In this document: positions 28,952-42,269 of the stretch, piece after piece
How the letters are laid out: each line of letters begins with the position of its first letter
Numbering within the stretch: position 1 is the stretch's first letter
DNA from: the human T2T-CHM13v2.0 reference genome, Homo sapiens
Length of the DNA: 64,000 nucleotides
Direction: 5' to 3' (one strand)
Assembly: GCF_009914755.1 (NCBI RefSeq)
Contig: NC_060938.1
The notes under the pieces: generated by a model
Database searches by the model: none
The model's input: only the letters and a program-made list of their open reading frames with translations
What the model was told of the DNA's origin: nothing
Made by a program: the position numbers and the translations under genes

Positions 28952-29263
28952 TTTCTTTTCTTTCTTTCTTTTTTTTTTTTTTGAGATGGAGTTTCGCTCT
29001 TTCGCCCAGGCTGGAGTGCAGTAGCGTGATCTTGGGCTTACTACATCCTCTGCCTTCCAGTTTCAAGCGATTCCCCTGCCTCAGCTTCCCGAGTAGCTGG
29101 GATTACAGGTGCCTGCCACCACACCCGGCTAACTTTTCTATTTTTAGTAGAGATGGGGTTTCACCACGTTGGCCAGGCTGGTCTCGAACTCCTGACATTG
29201 TGATCCGCCCGCCTTGACCTCCCAAAGTGCTGGGATTATAGGCTTGAGCCACCTTGCTCGGCC
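28952..29263 (-). mobile_element. Alu (AluS)
   Basis: Reverse-complement Alu; TSD CTTTGTCTTT. Confidence 0.97.
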
Positions 29264-29301
29264 GCTTTGTCTTTATTTTCTGAGGGTAAGCTCATCTAGG
29301 G

Positions 29302-29749
29302 TATGAACCCCACAAGTCTGAGACAGGTCTCAAGTAATTTAGAAAGTTTATTTTGCCAGGGTTGAGGATGTGCACCCATGACACAGCCTCAGGAGGTCCT
29401 GAGGACATGTGCCAGGGTAATAGGGGCACAGCTTGGTTTGTGTACATTTTAGGGAGACATAAGACATCAGTCAATATGTGTAAGATGTACATTGGTTCAG
29501 TCCAGAAAGGTGGGACAACTTGAAGCAGGGAGGGGGCTTTCAGATCATAGGTAGATGAGAGGAAAATAGTTGCATTCTTTTGAGTTTCTGATTAGCTTCT
29601 CCAAATGAAGCAATCAGATATGCATTTATCTCAGTGAGCAGAGTGGTGACTGAATAGAATGAGAGCCAAGTTTGCCCAAGCAGTTCCTAGCTGGACTTTT
29701 CCCTTTAGCTTAGTGATTTTGGGGCCCCAGGATTTATTTTCCTTTCACA
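29302..29749 (-). mobile_element. MER4A-type solo LTR (ERV1)
   Basis: Reverse complement starts TGTGAAAGGAAAATAAATCCTGGGGCCCCAAAATCACTAAGCTAAAGGG; 4-bp TSD AGGG. Confidence 0.9.
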
Positions 29750-30350
29750 AGGGTGAAGATAATGCTGAATAAATGTTTGAGGCATTGAATTGAACTCAGG
29801 TGTGTGGCCTCAACCTACTTCTATGAAACTTCCATAGAGTACCACTCTGTCTACCTCATGTATGCTACTTCCCATTAGATTTAAATATTGGATAAATTAA
29901 TATTTACCAAGTTTTCACAAATAACTCTGATATATATGAATTTTAAAATTATCTCATAGAAGAAGCTTCCTTTGTTCTCTCCATGGAATCTTTTCCAAAG
30001 CAGTGCAGCCTCTTGCTTTGAAAATAGGAAGGTAGAATATTCCAAATGCATCATAAGTCCTCTGTTTATATTTTTAAAACCTGTACTCTTTCCAAGCCTC
30101 TAGGCAAGAACAAATAGAAATAATCAGAGGCCTTAGAACTTGATTATGTTGAATTGAATTATTAAGCTGAGGCTTGATAGCCAAATTAATTGTGCTATAG
30201 TTTATATTGAAGAGATGCTTGTGATATTGCAAAACCATAGACTAGCTTGCTGGAATCTTCGAAGACATCTGGATGTTTTGGAAAATACAACAATCACATG
30301 CTTTTTATTATCTCCATGATTGTATTCTTTTTAAAAAGGAGCTGTGTAAA

Positions 30351-31149
30351 TGATACAAACAGGAAGCAGGGAAATACTGGGTAGAAGAAGGTGGTCCCTG
30401 GCGAGAGCCACACCCTCAAGCCTGGACCCATGGCCCAAAGTGAGAACATGCATTTCTGTTTTCCCCACCCGAATGTTGCCTTTTCCAAAACCATACTGGC
30501 CTGCCCTGTCCCCCATCCTGTGCCCATAAAAACCACAGGCCCCACCAGCAGAGCAGCAGAGCAGCTGAGAAAGACAGAAGAGAAGAAGTAGCTGGACGTT
30601 GGAGAAAAGCAGCTTGACTTCAGAGGGACAGCTTGACAGTGGGACCTTGGAGAAGAGTTTGACCAGGGATGGCCAAACTCCAGGGGAAGACCACCTTCCC
30701 ACTCCATCCCCTTTCCAGCTCTTCATTCCACTGAGATCCACTTCCATCAGCAATAAAATCCTCTGGGTTTACCATCTTCAATTCATTTGTGTGACCTGAT
30801 TCCCCCTGGATGCCAGACAGTGACCCAGGTACGGGTGCAAGAGACTGTCACACTGACCCTCCACTGAGCTGTCTAACACTTAAGCCATCCATGGATGGCA
30901 AAACTAAAAGAGTACACTGTAACACAGGGCCTCTGGGACTCTGGGGGCTTGTGGGCAACTCCTAGATGCTGCCATGGGCCTGCACGGAGTTTTGCTTCTG
31001 CCCAGTTGCCCAGAAGCTCTTGTCCTGGCCTCTGCACCTGCTCACCTGTGTGCTACCCTGCCCATGAGGGGTTGAGAGCTGTGGGCTGAGTAAATGAGCC
31101 AACCCCTTCACGAGTCTTGCAAAGAGTCTGAGGGGAATATCCCATTTCA
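30351..31149 (+). mobile_element. MER50 solo LTR (ERV1)
   Basis: Starts TGATACAAACAGGAAGCAGGGAAATACTGGGTAGAAG, ends ...TTTCA; 4-bp TSD TAAA; AATAAA 30752-30757. Confidence 0.88.
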
Positions 31150-33854
31150 TAAAGATATAGAGTGAACATAGAGAGAAGGTCATGGAGTTTGGAATCAGAC
31201 AGACTAGATTTGAATCCTGGTTCTGTCTCAAGCAACTAGGATGACTTCAGCATGTTTCTTGGTGCTTGTGTTTGTGGCTACTTCCTCAATTTTTCAGTAG
31301 AGAAAAAATAATACTCATAGGACCACTCTGGTGAATTGTTGAATAGATTGTGTGTTATCTGCCACACTTTCAAGTACTAGCATGCATTAAAATCCCTATC
31401 CCTTTGCCCTCCAATGTAAAATGATATGAATTCTGTGGCTTACACATAGCTATTTTTTTTTTTTTTTGGCCTGCATAGATAAGGCAATTCCGTAAGGCTG
31501 TGTTACCATTCTCCTAAAGGGCCTCCCTGTGGGGCCACAGTACATCTTGCCTAATTTCTTTTTAACAATATTTATTTCTGTGGTCAAGAAGAAGATAAGG
31601 TACCTTAGAAGTAGTCACTGTTCTATCTCAGTTTGGATATGCTTGTTGAAGAACTCTTACAACCACTTATTTCTGGGAAAAAAAAAAAGAAATATTTTCA
31701 GCCATCTCTTCACCTCAAAAACAGCAGGCATCGTGGATTATTGGAAGGGAATTACCCAGAGAAAGTGCTCTTAAAAACAACTGCATGTAGAGGAGGCTGG
31801 CTTATCAACAGGCAAAAAAGGAGATTTTTTTCTACTAAATTTCAGCTTGTCACTATAAACGAGAAAATAGCCACATTCGTAATATATTCTATGGGGACAG
31901 TGCTGTGAGTGTTTCTACTGGTGGAATTCTCAAGTACGAGGTTCTAAGAATGAGCATTTACTCTTAGAAAACCCTAGGGAATGGCTATTAGGAATCAGGT
32001 AAACAATGAAATGAGAGCCCTTTCAAACAGGGAAGCAAAAAAAGGCAGATCAGGTAAATGAGTTCACTGTAGACCACATTGTGGAAAATGTGACGTGATA
32101 TGAGACACATTTCATTTAGCATGGATAACTAATGTAATTACAATCAGCTAATGAGTTTTGTTTCTTTTTCTGCATAATATTAACATCATCCAAAGTTAAG
32201 AAGGTATTTTTTTCCGATGAAAACCCTAAAGTCATGCAAAATTATGTGGACTTCCTTTCTGATTCTTGGAGAGAAGTTAGGGTTGTTTTAGCCTTTACCT
32301 ACATTTCAGTTTAAGGCTTATCCACAATCTAGAAATGCAATGTTAAAAGATAAAGAAGGATCTATAGAACACATTTTTTTTAACTTAAAACATGGATATT
32401 AGAACTTATATTTGATTATATTTTTCTTTGTGCTGAAGGATTGATCTCCTTGTCTAACACACGTTGAAAATCTGGAGGGGGTTTCATTGGAAAATTGTAG
32501 CATTTCCTTTATTAGCGACCCTTAAAAATAACAAGAATAATTAATCTGCTGGTTTAGCTTAAATTTGGTCTTATGACAGGCATGCACACGAGCTGGCTTG
32601 TCATTACCCTATCCTCCTCCATGATTCTGTCTTGTGAAATCATGAATGGAATTTCTATGAAAATATATAGCAAATAGGTTCCTGACAAAATTACTATTCA
32701 CATAATTCATCATCCTTAAGTGACAGAGATTTGTAAATAATGAAATCTAGTGAGAAATCTTTAATTTCATTTAGCTAGTAGCTTAGAAGTGATTCTGATT
32801 CCACCTGTTTACCAGAACTCCTAAAGAGAAAATGAAGAAATTTAAACTTCAAATCCCATTTCCTTTTCTTTTTGAAATTAAAAGCACCTTGTTGATGGAG
32901 GAGCAGTGATTGGTATCTGTGCAAGGTGGTATGTGGGACCATTTGATCATAACTGATATGATGTAAGGAATGGGGTTGCCTGGAAAAATTAGGAAATGGG
33001 AGGGGTGGGAGAGAAATTTAAGAAAGGCACAGGCATGCCACTGGTGGAAATTACCTTCTAGTATCTCCTTTTCTGTTTACAGTAGCTCTTACCTTTCTCC
33101 AAGGGATATGTATTGAGTATTCACAAAGAAAGTAAAATGGCTCCAGTGTTACCTCCATTTGTCCTGTTTATTGTTGTGGCTATGATGTTTTTGGCTAATT
33201 ATCATTGTATCCTAAGTTCTTTACTAAATGGATGGATGAATGCATGCATACATGGAAGGATGGACACATGGAAAGGATGAATATATATAGGGGTTTCGCC
33301 CTGAAATACCTTAAGATTTATTGTATTTTAGATTTTAATGGACCCGACTGAGATTACTGATGACTTAATTCACTTCTTGCCAGTGAGAAAAGGTAGCCAT
33401 GTGGTGAGAAACTTGAAGGTGAGAACCATTTTCCATAATCTTTTCCATGTTTGTAACTCACATATTTTTTATTTCTTAAAGTTTCCATTTTGATTATCAT
33501 TTCACTTCTATATCTCCTGTGGTAGGTAAGGCATATGTATTTATCCCTGTTTCTAGATTTCCAGAGAGGAAAATGAACTACCAAAGGTCATGTCCCTTTC
33601 TGTTTTGTGCATCCATGTAGCAGATGGACACCTTATCAACAACTCTTGCCATGAATTGGACTGTCAAGCAATGGGGGATACTCAAAATATCAATAGGATA
33701 GTGAGCAGGAGCATTAAATTCTAGGTTTTATGTTGCCCCTAAAAAAATCTGTGACTTCTGTCAATTTACTGAACCTTGGAGGCACAGTTTCTTCATCTGT
33801 ACAAGGCCGGGCAGTTCTAGTAATTCTCTGATTCTCAGAATCTAGGGAGCTTGT

Positions 33855-34095
33855 CTTAGTGGTTAGAATTTGGCTCTGGGTTTAGTCTACTTGGGTTTGT
33901 AGGTACCTTCGCTGCTTCATAGCTTTGTTACCTTGGCAAAGTACTTAACCTATATAATCCTCACTTTTCTCATCTGCATAGTGGGGATAGCAGTAATAAA
34001 ACCCCTTGAAGAGTTGCCATGAGGATTAAATAAGATAATCCACAGGAGGCATTTTGCATAGTGCCTGATGCAATTAAGTGCTCAATAGATTAGCA
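33855..34095 (+). mobile_element. MIR
   Basis: AGTGGTTAG...CCTTGGCAAAGTACTTAACC...CTCATCTG...GAGGATTAAATAAGATAAT...GTGCTCAATA. Confidence 0.85.
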
Positions 34096-35015
34096 GATCT
34101 TCTACTGTGGCTTATTCAGAAAAAGTTAAGGTGAGTATCACTGATGTTTTTAGAAAGCAGTTGATATTAACAGGTTCCTATATGACTGATCCAACTGCCT
34201 GAATCATGCCCAAATCATTAAAGCTTTCTAAAGGGCAGAGCCATCATAACTAATCCCACAATGTCCCACAGGCCTCTTCAAAGAGAAAAATGGCCCCTCT
34301 GGGAGCTCAGCAATTGTTTCAGGATGATAATGTTGATAATTCCGTCGCATCATTGGGTTTTCTGGTGCAGACAGGTAAGACACGGAGACCTTTGGGTTGA
34401 TGGCAAGATTTGGAGGGCTGATTATGGCGCCTTTGATGTGAGGAGGTATTCCTGCAATCCTTCCGAGACACCTAAGCTGCTGTAAGTAATGACTTTTGTT
34501 GCTCATGTATCTGATGCTTCTGCCACTGTGTTGTCTCTGAAAAATTTGCCAGCCTGACACCCAGGATCTAGTTGTAGAACACTGCAGGAGTAATGGTATT
34601 TTTTCATGTGGTGCTCAACATACAACTCCTACATTGAATTTTAACTATGGGATTTTTGTGAATTAAAGACTTTCAGGTAAAATAGATACAGTGAATAAGG
34701 TGGGGAATACCTAAGAGAGCAGCCCCCTTTCACCCATTGGCCCTTTTCTTTTGATTTGGTTAAGATTCTGTGAATATCTGCATTAGTTATTGTTATGAAA
34801 TGCATACCCAGCTCTTCTCTGTAGCCTTCAGAAAGAGCAAATAATTTAGTGTTGTGCAGCATTAAGGTTTATTGGCCACGAAACACAGATAAAGACTGTG
34901 ATGATAAAATTTTAGAATGCAGACAGGGAGTTTAGTAGTGGCCAACTTTTAAATTCCTGTGCCCAGTAATCCACGTGCTCTCTCAGTGAGGCTATGCTGC
35001 TGGGACCATCTAAGG

Positions 35016-35192
35016 TAAGGGTGTCCAATCTTTTGGCTTCCTGGGGCCATATTGGAAGAAGAAGAATTGTCTGGGGCCACACATGAAACACAATGATAGC
35101 TGATGAGCTAGAAAAAAAATCACAAAAATTCTTATGTTTTAAGAACATTTATGAATTTTGTTGGCCCATGGGCTGTGGGTTGGACAAGCTTG
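35016..35192. mobile_element. MER30 hAT-Charlie DNA transposon
   Basis: GGGTGTCCAATCTTTTGGCTTCC...GGTTGGACAAGCTTG; perfect 8-bp TSD ATCTAAGG (35008-35015, 35193-35200). Confidence 0.9.
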
Positions 35193-36930
35193 ATCTAAGG
35201 GTTATTTCTTTTGTTGAATCCTGTGGGGACTACGGACATTAGATTCACACTTTTATCGCCAGATCCAAGCACTGATTAGTTATCAAGTCAGGAGTTAACA
35301 AATATTTGTGGAAGGAAAGGGTGAGGACGGAAAGGAAAAATTGAGGGAGAAAGAGAAAGGGAAAAAGATTAGAGCCTACCTCCAATAGGTGACTATAAAT
35401 ATTTTGTTGTTGTTTTTAGTTTTCATTCTGCATTGTCACTTTGGGTAAGGATAGAGTGTTTTTGTGCTGTTGAAGAAATAGCATTAACAGATGAGTTTTC
35501 AGGTGTCTTAAAACTGAACTCTGCCTATAAGATGGACACAGTTGTCCAAACTACTTTAAAAAACAATAGATTCAGTTTTATATTCATTCACTTAAAGGGT
35601 AGGGTAGATACTTGTCAAATGTGGTTTTGAGGGTTTACATTGGAAAGAAAAATCTCATCAAAAATATGAAGCAAGGCCTCCCTTCTCTTTTCATTCTCAT
35701 TTGGAAGAAAGGGGAGAACATCTTATTTTAGTCTTTTTTAAAGAGCATAACTTATTCAAAGGCTTTGTTACACTCTGCAGGACACTACCCATATTTAAGT
35801 TAAAAAAAAGGATTCATGAGTGAGCCAGCAATCAACAAGTATTTACTGAAGCCTCATATACCAGAAAGTTCAAAGTGCTAGTTTAAATGGTCTTCCTAAG
35901 GTATTTAACAAAGTCATGTCACAAAATACATTGTAGAAGATAAACATTTATCAGTGAGTCATCACAGACCACAAGTGCCCTTACAACAGAGTGGACGTAT
36001 GTGCTTCATTTTCTGATATATTAGTAAATCTGAGAAATATTGTCCAGGTTGTATAGGATGTACAGTATTTTCATTGTCTTTAAGTGCCAGCGGACTACAG
36101 ATGGCTCTCAGATCCCCTTGGATCACTTCTGTGTGGTTTGTGTACCTATTTTGAATCCTCTAGTCTTTTCCTGAATCGAAACCTCACATTCCAATTAAAA
36201 TTGCTTAGAAATTCAGCTCACCTGATAGGGTTGAGAATATTTTCTTCTCAAGTTGTGGTTTCTACTTGATCCCTTATTTGTAAAATTGAATTCACTGACT
36301 TTGATCTAAATAGTTAGGGTTGTGAATATTAGTCTAGGTTTTAATCTAATCCAAGGAATGGTTACTTCTCTTTAGTTTTTCCTTTCTGATTATAAAAATA
36401 GAGAGTTGTGCTATGAATTTCAATAAACAGCCTGGTTGGGAGAACAATTCTGTCTGTATCATTACAGGATGCCCATTAAGAGTTGACTCAAAGGTCCCTT
36501 TTCCCTGTGGCTGAAGGTGGTAGTTTGCCGTCCTGCAGAGTCAGTGGTGGCATCTGTCACATGCCACTTCCGCAGAATGCACTGATGTGGATTAAAGATC
36601 TATAACATCATCTAATAATGCCTATCTATTGGAGATAGGCATCACTTTGATAGTATAACTTTGGGCCTTAGAGATGTGGTATGCAAGTTAGAAATTTGAT
36701 TGTACTATGTGTATAAAAGCTGTTTTTAAAGAAAGAGCTAAAATCTAAGGTGGTAGCATACTAAAGCTTAGTTTCTTACTTTAAATATCACAGTAGATTC
36801 AGATCCTGACTTATGAGGCCAAAAAGGTTAGCAGTCCTGATAACCTTGCTGTACATTTAGAAATGAACTAGTCAGTATGTGAGAATATGCATAGATTCCT
36901 AGAAGATGTTACACATCAGCAGATCAGCAG

Positions 36931-37294
36931 TGTATTAGTCTGTTTTCATGCTGCTGATAAAGACTACCTGAGACTGGGTAATTTATAAAGAAAAAGAGGC
37001 TTAATGGACTCTCAGTTCCATGTGGCTGGGGAAGCCTCACAATCATAGTGGAAGGCGAAAAGCACATCCTACATGGCAGCAGACAAGAGAGAATGAGAAC
37101 TAAGCAAAAGGGGTTTCCCCTTATAAAACCATCAGATCTCATGAGACTTACTTATTCACTACCATGAGAACAGTATGGGGGAAACCACCCCATGATTCAA
37201 TTATCTCCCACCAGGTCCCTCCCATAACCGGTGGTAATTATAGGAGCTACAATTCAAGATGAGGTTTGGGTGGGCACACAGCCTAACCGTATCA
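36931..37294 (-). mobile_element. THE1 solo LTR (MaLR)
   Basis: TGTATTAGTCTGTTTTCATGCTGCTGATAAAGAC...TATCA; 5-bp TSD AGCAG. Confidence 0.93.
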
Positions 37295-37327
37295 AGCAGT
37301 TTAACTATTTCTCTCTTATCTGAAATC

Positions 37328-37498
37328 TTTTTTATTTTATTTTATTTTATTTTATTTTATTTTATTTTATTTTATTTTTTTAGAGATGAGGTCTCACCCT
37401 GTGGCCCAGGCTGATCTCAAACTCCTGGCCTCAAGTGATCCTCTTGCCTCAGCCTCCCAAGTAGTTGGGATTACAGGTGTGAGGCCCTGTGCCTGGCC
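37328..37498 (-). mobile_element. Alu monomer/FLAM with (TTTTA)n tail
   Basis: Single-arm reverse Alu after a pentanucleotide tract. Confidence 0.9.
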
Positions 37499-38194
37499 TC
37501 TCTCTGAGATCTTAAAATGAATCTGGTGAGGAAAGAAGAAAATTGGAAGAAAGCCAACTATTAAAAACTAGAAAACACTTTTAAGGACTTGAGGAAGAAA
37601 TAAGCATTAAGACGTATACATGTTTCTAATTTCTAGCAATGAGATGTTAGTATAGTACAGACGGAAGGCATGTAATTAAGAAATTTACCATTAAGTTGGG
37701 AAATCCTATCCCATGAATACAGATGTTTTAGGCTTGCATAAAACTACATGGAATATCTTCAATGCAATAATAATAAGCAGTGCTGTCTGGACATTTAAAA
37801 CTTTTTTAAAAAGTTTGGTATCCTAGAGACAACTATATAGATTTTGCGAGAAAATGCCCACTGGGTCATTGAAAAATAAGCTTATAGGGGTATATGCATG
37901 GCACAGTAATTTCATTGGTAGGAGATTTCTTTTAGATTTTTAGCTTGCCTTTAATGGGCTCTATCCTACATCCCAAATACCTTCTTTTCTTTTCCTCCAT
38001 TTCCCATACAAGTAGTGATGTGTTAATTTCAAAATGTTAGTGATAAAATACTGTTGCTAAAAATATTTCAGCTTGCCTGGGCTTGATCTGGGGAGGACAC
38101 ATGTTTCTGGGAGAGAAGCCACATTCAACCCTGTAATGTTGTGTATATGCTACTCTGCAGGGCGCACCTATGCCAAGAGGCAGTTGGAGAAAAT

Positions 38195-38420
38195 GGCTAA
38201 GCTGGTTGTGGAGGCAGACTCCCTGGGTTCAAAGTCTCATTTTTCTACACACTGGCTAACTGTAGACAAGTTACTTATTTCTCTGTACTGTAGTTTTCTC
38301 ATGTAGAGCCTGGAGATAAGACCAACTTTATAAAGTTCTTGAGGAATTAAATGAGTTAATACATAGAATAGTGCTTGGCACATGGTATATACACAATAAG
38401 TATTAACTGTTGCTATTAGT
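38195..38420 (+). mobile_element. MIR
   Basis: CAGACTCCCTGGGTTCAAA...CAAGTTACTTA...TTAAATGAGTTAATACAT...GGCACATGGT. Confidence 0.85.
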
Positions 38421-38461
38421 TGTCAGTAATGCCTTGCTAGCACAATTTCTGTACCTTTTGT

Positions 38462-38816
38462 GATATTAGTCTGTTTTCATGCCGCTAATAAAGACATACC
38501 CAAGACTGGGAAGAAAAAGAGGTTTAATTGGGCTTACAGTTCCACATGGCTGGGGAGGCCTCAGAATCATGGCGGGAGGCAAAAGGCACTTCTTACATGG
38601 CAGCGGCAAGAGAAAATGAGGAAGACCCAGAAGCAGAAACCCCTGATAAAACCATCAGAGCTCATGAAACTTATTCACTACCACAAGAACAGTATGGGGG
38701 AAACTGCCCCCATGATTCAAATTATCTTCCACTGGGTCCCTCCCACAACACATGGGAATTATGGGAATATGATTCAAGATGAGATTTGGGTGGGGACACA
38801 GAGTCAAACCATATCA
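38462..38816 (-). mobile_element. THE1 solo LTR (MaLR)
   Basis: TATTAGTCTGTTTTCATGCCGCTAATAAAGACATACCC...GGGGACACAGAGTCAAACCATATCA. Confidence 0.92.
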
Positions 38817-39102
38817 GATGTTATGAATAAACCTGCAAAACACAGAGACCCTCTTACTAAGGTAGAAGCTTAAAAAACATGACTAATTTCCAGTGTTTTT
38901 TTTTTTTCTGAAGCTTTTTTTAATTAGCCAGCTACCTTACTAGTTTGCAAATGCCTTAAGAGCAAGGTTCATATCATATTCATCTTGTAATACCTCTGCC
39001 GCACCTAACCGAGTATTGAAGTGTTGAATTAATAAATCTTCTGGAATTTCTTGTTTCTTCAGGTTACATTAGGAATATGAAGTATTATGAATGGGGCACC
39101 TA

Positions 39103-39488
<386 letters not shown>

Positions 39489-39617
39489 AACAAAAGCAAA
39501 CTAAAAAGACACTTCTCAGAGCTACTTTGCTTATGTCGCTAGTTCATGGTAGAAGGAAAATGGTGACTGTAGAAATGGTCAAACTGGGATCTTTTTCAGG
39601 AAATGAAACACGTAATG

Positions 39618-39728
39618 TAGACTTCTGTGGAAAGCATCCATAGACTTATGTGGAAAGCATCCATAGACTTCCGTAGAAAGCATCTGTAGACTTCCGCAGA
39701 AAGCATCCGTAAACTTCCGTAGAAAGCA
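39618..39728. repeat. 23-bp minisatellite, ~4.8 copies (TAGACTTCYGTRGAAAGCATCCR)
   Basis: Units start at 39618, 39641, 39664, 39687, 39710. Confidence 0.95.
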
Positions 39729-41936
39729 CTGATGATGTTGTATAAACAGACCATAAGGAGATTGAAGCCCTCCATGTATTCTGTTTGCCCTTGGAATATA
39801 TGTGCATGTGCATGTGCTTGTGTGTTTATTTTCATTTGGGTTTATGCCCTATTTTTAATTTGTAAGCAGAACAAGAGGCAAAGAGCTCTCATATGCCCGT
39901 AGAATTATATAGTCAGGCTTTTCAGGAATTTTTTTTTTAATCCTTCAACATTTATCTTTGCATCAAAAATAAATTTTTTAAAAAAAGTAAATAAGGATAA
40001 AAGAAAAACCGAGTAGGTGGGAGAGAAGGAGGAATTTGGAGTCATGGGAATGGGCAGGTGTTCAGGTGATTTAAAAGGAGAAGTAAAGGCATGTTCCTGG
40101 ATAAATGTCGATATGCATTATTAAATGAAACAGTGGTAAAATATAGACTGTCAGAAGCATTTTTCTTCCAGAGACATGAGGAGAATTGAAATGCAGTTTC
40201 AAAGGAGGAGTCTCTTTCGGTGTTTCTTCAATCATTTTTTTGTTTGAAGCTTTAATTACAGTGCTCCTTGCTACCTAATGCTTTCAGTTTAAAATGACAT
40301 CACAAAAGAGAGGGGAAGATGTAATTGCTCAGATGAAGGGCAGCCATCACAGCAGCATTGAGGTATTTACTCACCAGGGAGTTCCTGCTACATGATTCTT
40401 TTCTAGATCAACATTTTGTTTTTGGAATGCTTTTGTATCATGCATATTTGACATGGTTTGTCTTTAGAGTGATTGCTCTGATACTGCTATTGCCAGAGCA
40501 GATAATAACCTTCGGGAAATAATGTATTCTGAAATAAAGGAACTAGTTATTTGCATAGTTTTCTCTGGATTGGATAATGTGTACAGGTGGCTAGTGGCTT
40601 CCTAAAGGTTTAGTGTTCTAATCAAATAAACTTGTATTTAAATACATTAACACAGACCAATACACGCACATAGAAGCACATGTGTACACATAGATAGGTG
40701 CACATGCATGTGTACACATACATCACTGTCATAGCTCTTCATGCAGAATACTTTGCTATTCAGCCCCATCAACACATACTTTTTGAAAATATGCTCAGCA
40801 GAGGGGTACAAGCATACAGAGGACTCAGACCCCAGTCTCAACTTCTTCACAGTCTGATGGGGACAGACTTGGGAGCAGAGATGCTATGATGGGGGAGGCT
40901 GTGTACATTGCAGCCTGAAAACAGAGTAGAAGAGGGGCCCTTTCTCCTTCGGGCCCCTGGGAAGACTCCAGGAGGTGATGGATGAACTTTGAGCTGGTCA
41001 TTGGTGAAAGAACATGGATTAGCTGAGCAGAAAAGAAGAAGGAATACTGGATGCAGTAAGTAACCACTTTGGGACTAAATTTACACCAAAATGAGTATTA
41101 GTTCCTTTGGTTCCAAATGGTTCAGATGTTCTTTAAAGGCACTGTTCTTACTGCCCAGAGGAAAGAGAGTGAGCTGAACCATACATGCTTGTAGTAAAGA
41201 TTGTATGTATGTCATATATGTATATCTATATGTAATATATCTACCCATGATTATACGTTGTCTATAAAGCCCCTTCACACTTTTTTTTAACCTCATAGCA
41301 GCTCAGCAGGTCAGTTTAATATGATCATTATTTTTCAGCTAAGGAAAGGGAGGCTCACAGAGATACATGGCCCAGTTTCCCTCCAATGATGTTCTGGGAC
41401 TCACTGCTCTTACTCAGGTCTGTGCTGCCCATTACCTCCGTGAGGTTAGATCACAGGTTACAAGTTAGATCTCTGATATCCGGATCTCCTGATGGCATTA
41501 GCAGCGTTTAGTCAGTGACTTTCCTGGGCCTGCCTGGATCACTCTCACTTCATGTGGATGATCTCTCTCAGGAAGCCATAGATTTTGAGCAAAAATGCAG
41601 ACTTCCCAGAGGCTTTGCCGGGTCCTCCATCTCACTCCCCTCAAGAATTTCAACAAATCTGTTAATGCTATTTTGTCATTTCTGTACTTCAAAGTGTTTC
41701 TGCCAGGCATACCTTGTCTGTCCCAGCTCTGACTCTTTGGGGCTGAGTAGGTTTACTTGTTTATTTTTTGGTTCTTACATGTCTCCAACTCCATGTGGAT
41801 TTACATCCTATTGGGTGAGGTTTTGTTTTTCCTTGTGTCTATAGGTGAGAAGATGTGAACATACAGTTAATTGAAACTAAGTCTAGAATCATGAAGCCAG
41901 AAGGAGAAATGTATTAGAATTAGAAATGACATCACA

Positions 41937-42269
41937 GGCCGGGCGCAGTGGCTCATGACTGTAATCCCAGCACTTTGGGAGGCTGAGGAGGGCGGATCAC
42001 GAGGTCAAGTTCAAGACCAGCCTGGCCAACATGGTGAAACCCCGTCTCTACTAAAAATACAAAAATTATCAGGGCATGGTGGCACGTGGCTGTAATCTCA
42101 GCTACTTGGGAAGCTGAAGGAGGAGAATTGCTTGAACTGGGACTCGGGAGGCGGAGGTTGCAGTGAGCCGAGATCGCACCACTGCACTCCAGCCTGGGCT
42201 GCAGAGCGAGACTCCATCTCAAAAATAAATAAATAAATAAAAGAAATAAATAAAAAATAAAGAAAAAAA
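41937..42269 (+). mobile_element. Alu (AluS)
   Basis: Forward Alu; 15-bp TSD AGAAATGACATCACA (41922-41936, 42270-42284). Confidence 0.97.

Noticed and set aside
34987-35020. Donor AAG|GTAAGG created at the MER30/TSD junction
   Set aside because: The nearest acceptor gives only a 28-nt exon with a short tract; insufficient support.
36931-38816. Two same-orientation THE1 LTRs ~1.2 kb apart resembling a full provirus
   Set aside because: The first LTR has its own AGCAG TSD and the interior holds Alu/MIR/unique sequence rather than THE1-int: two independent solo LTRs.
39618-39728. CRISPR-like appearance of the 23-bp repeat
   Set aside because: Units are contiguous with no unique spacers, the context is primate intron, and there are no cas genes.
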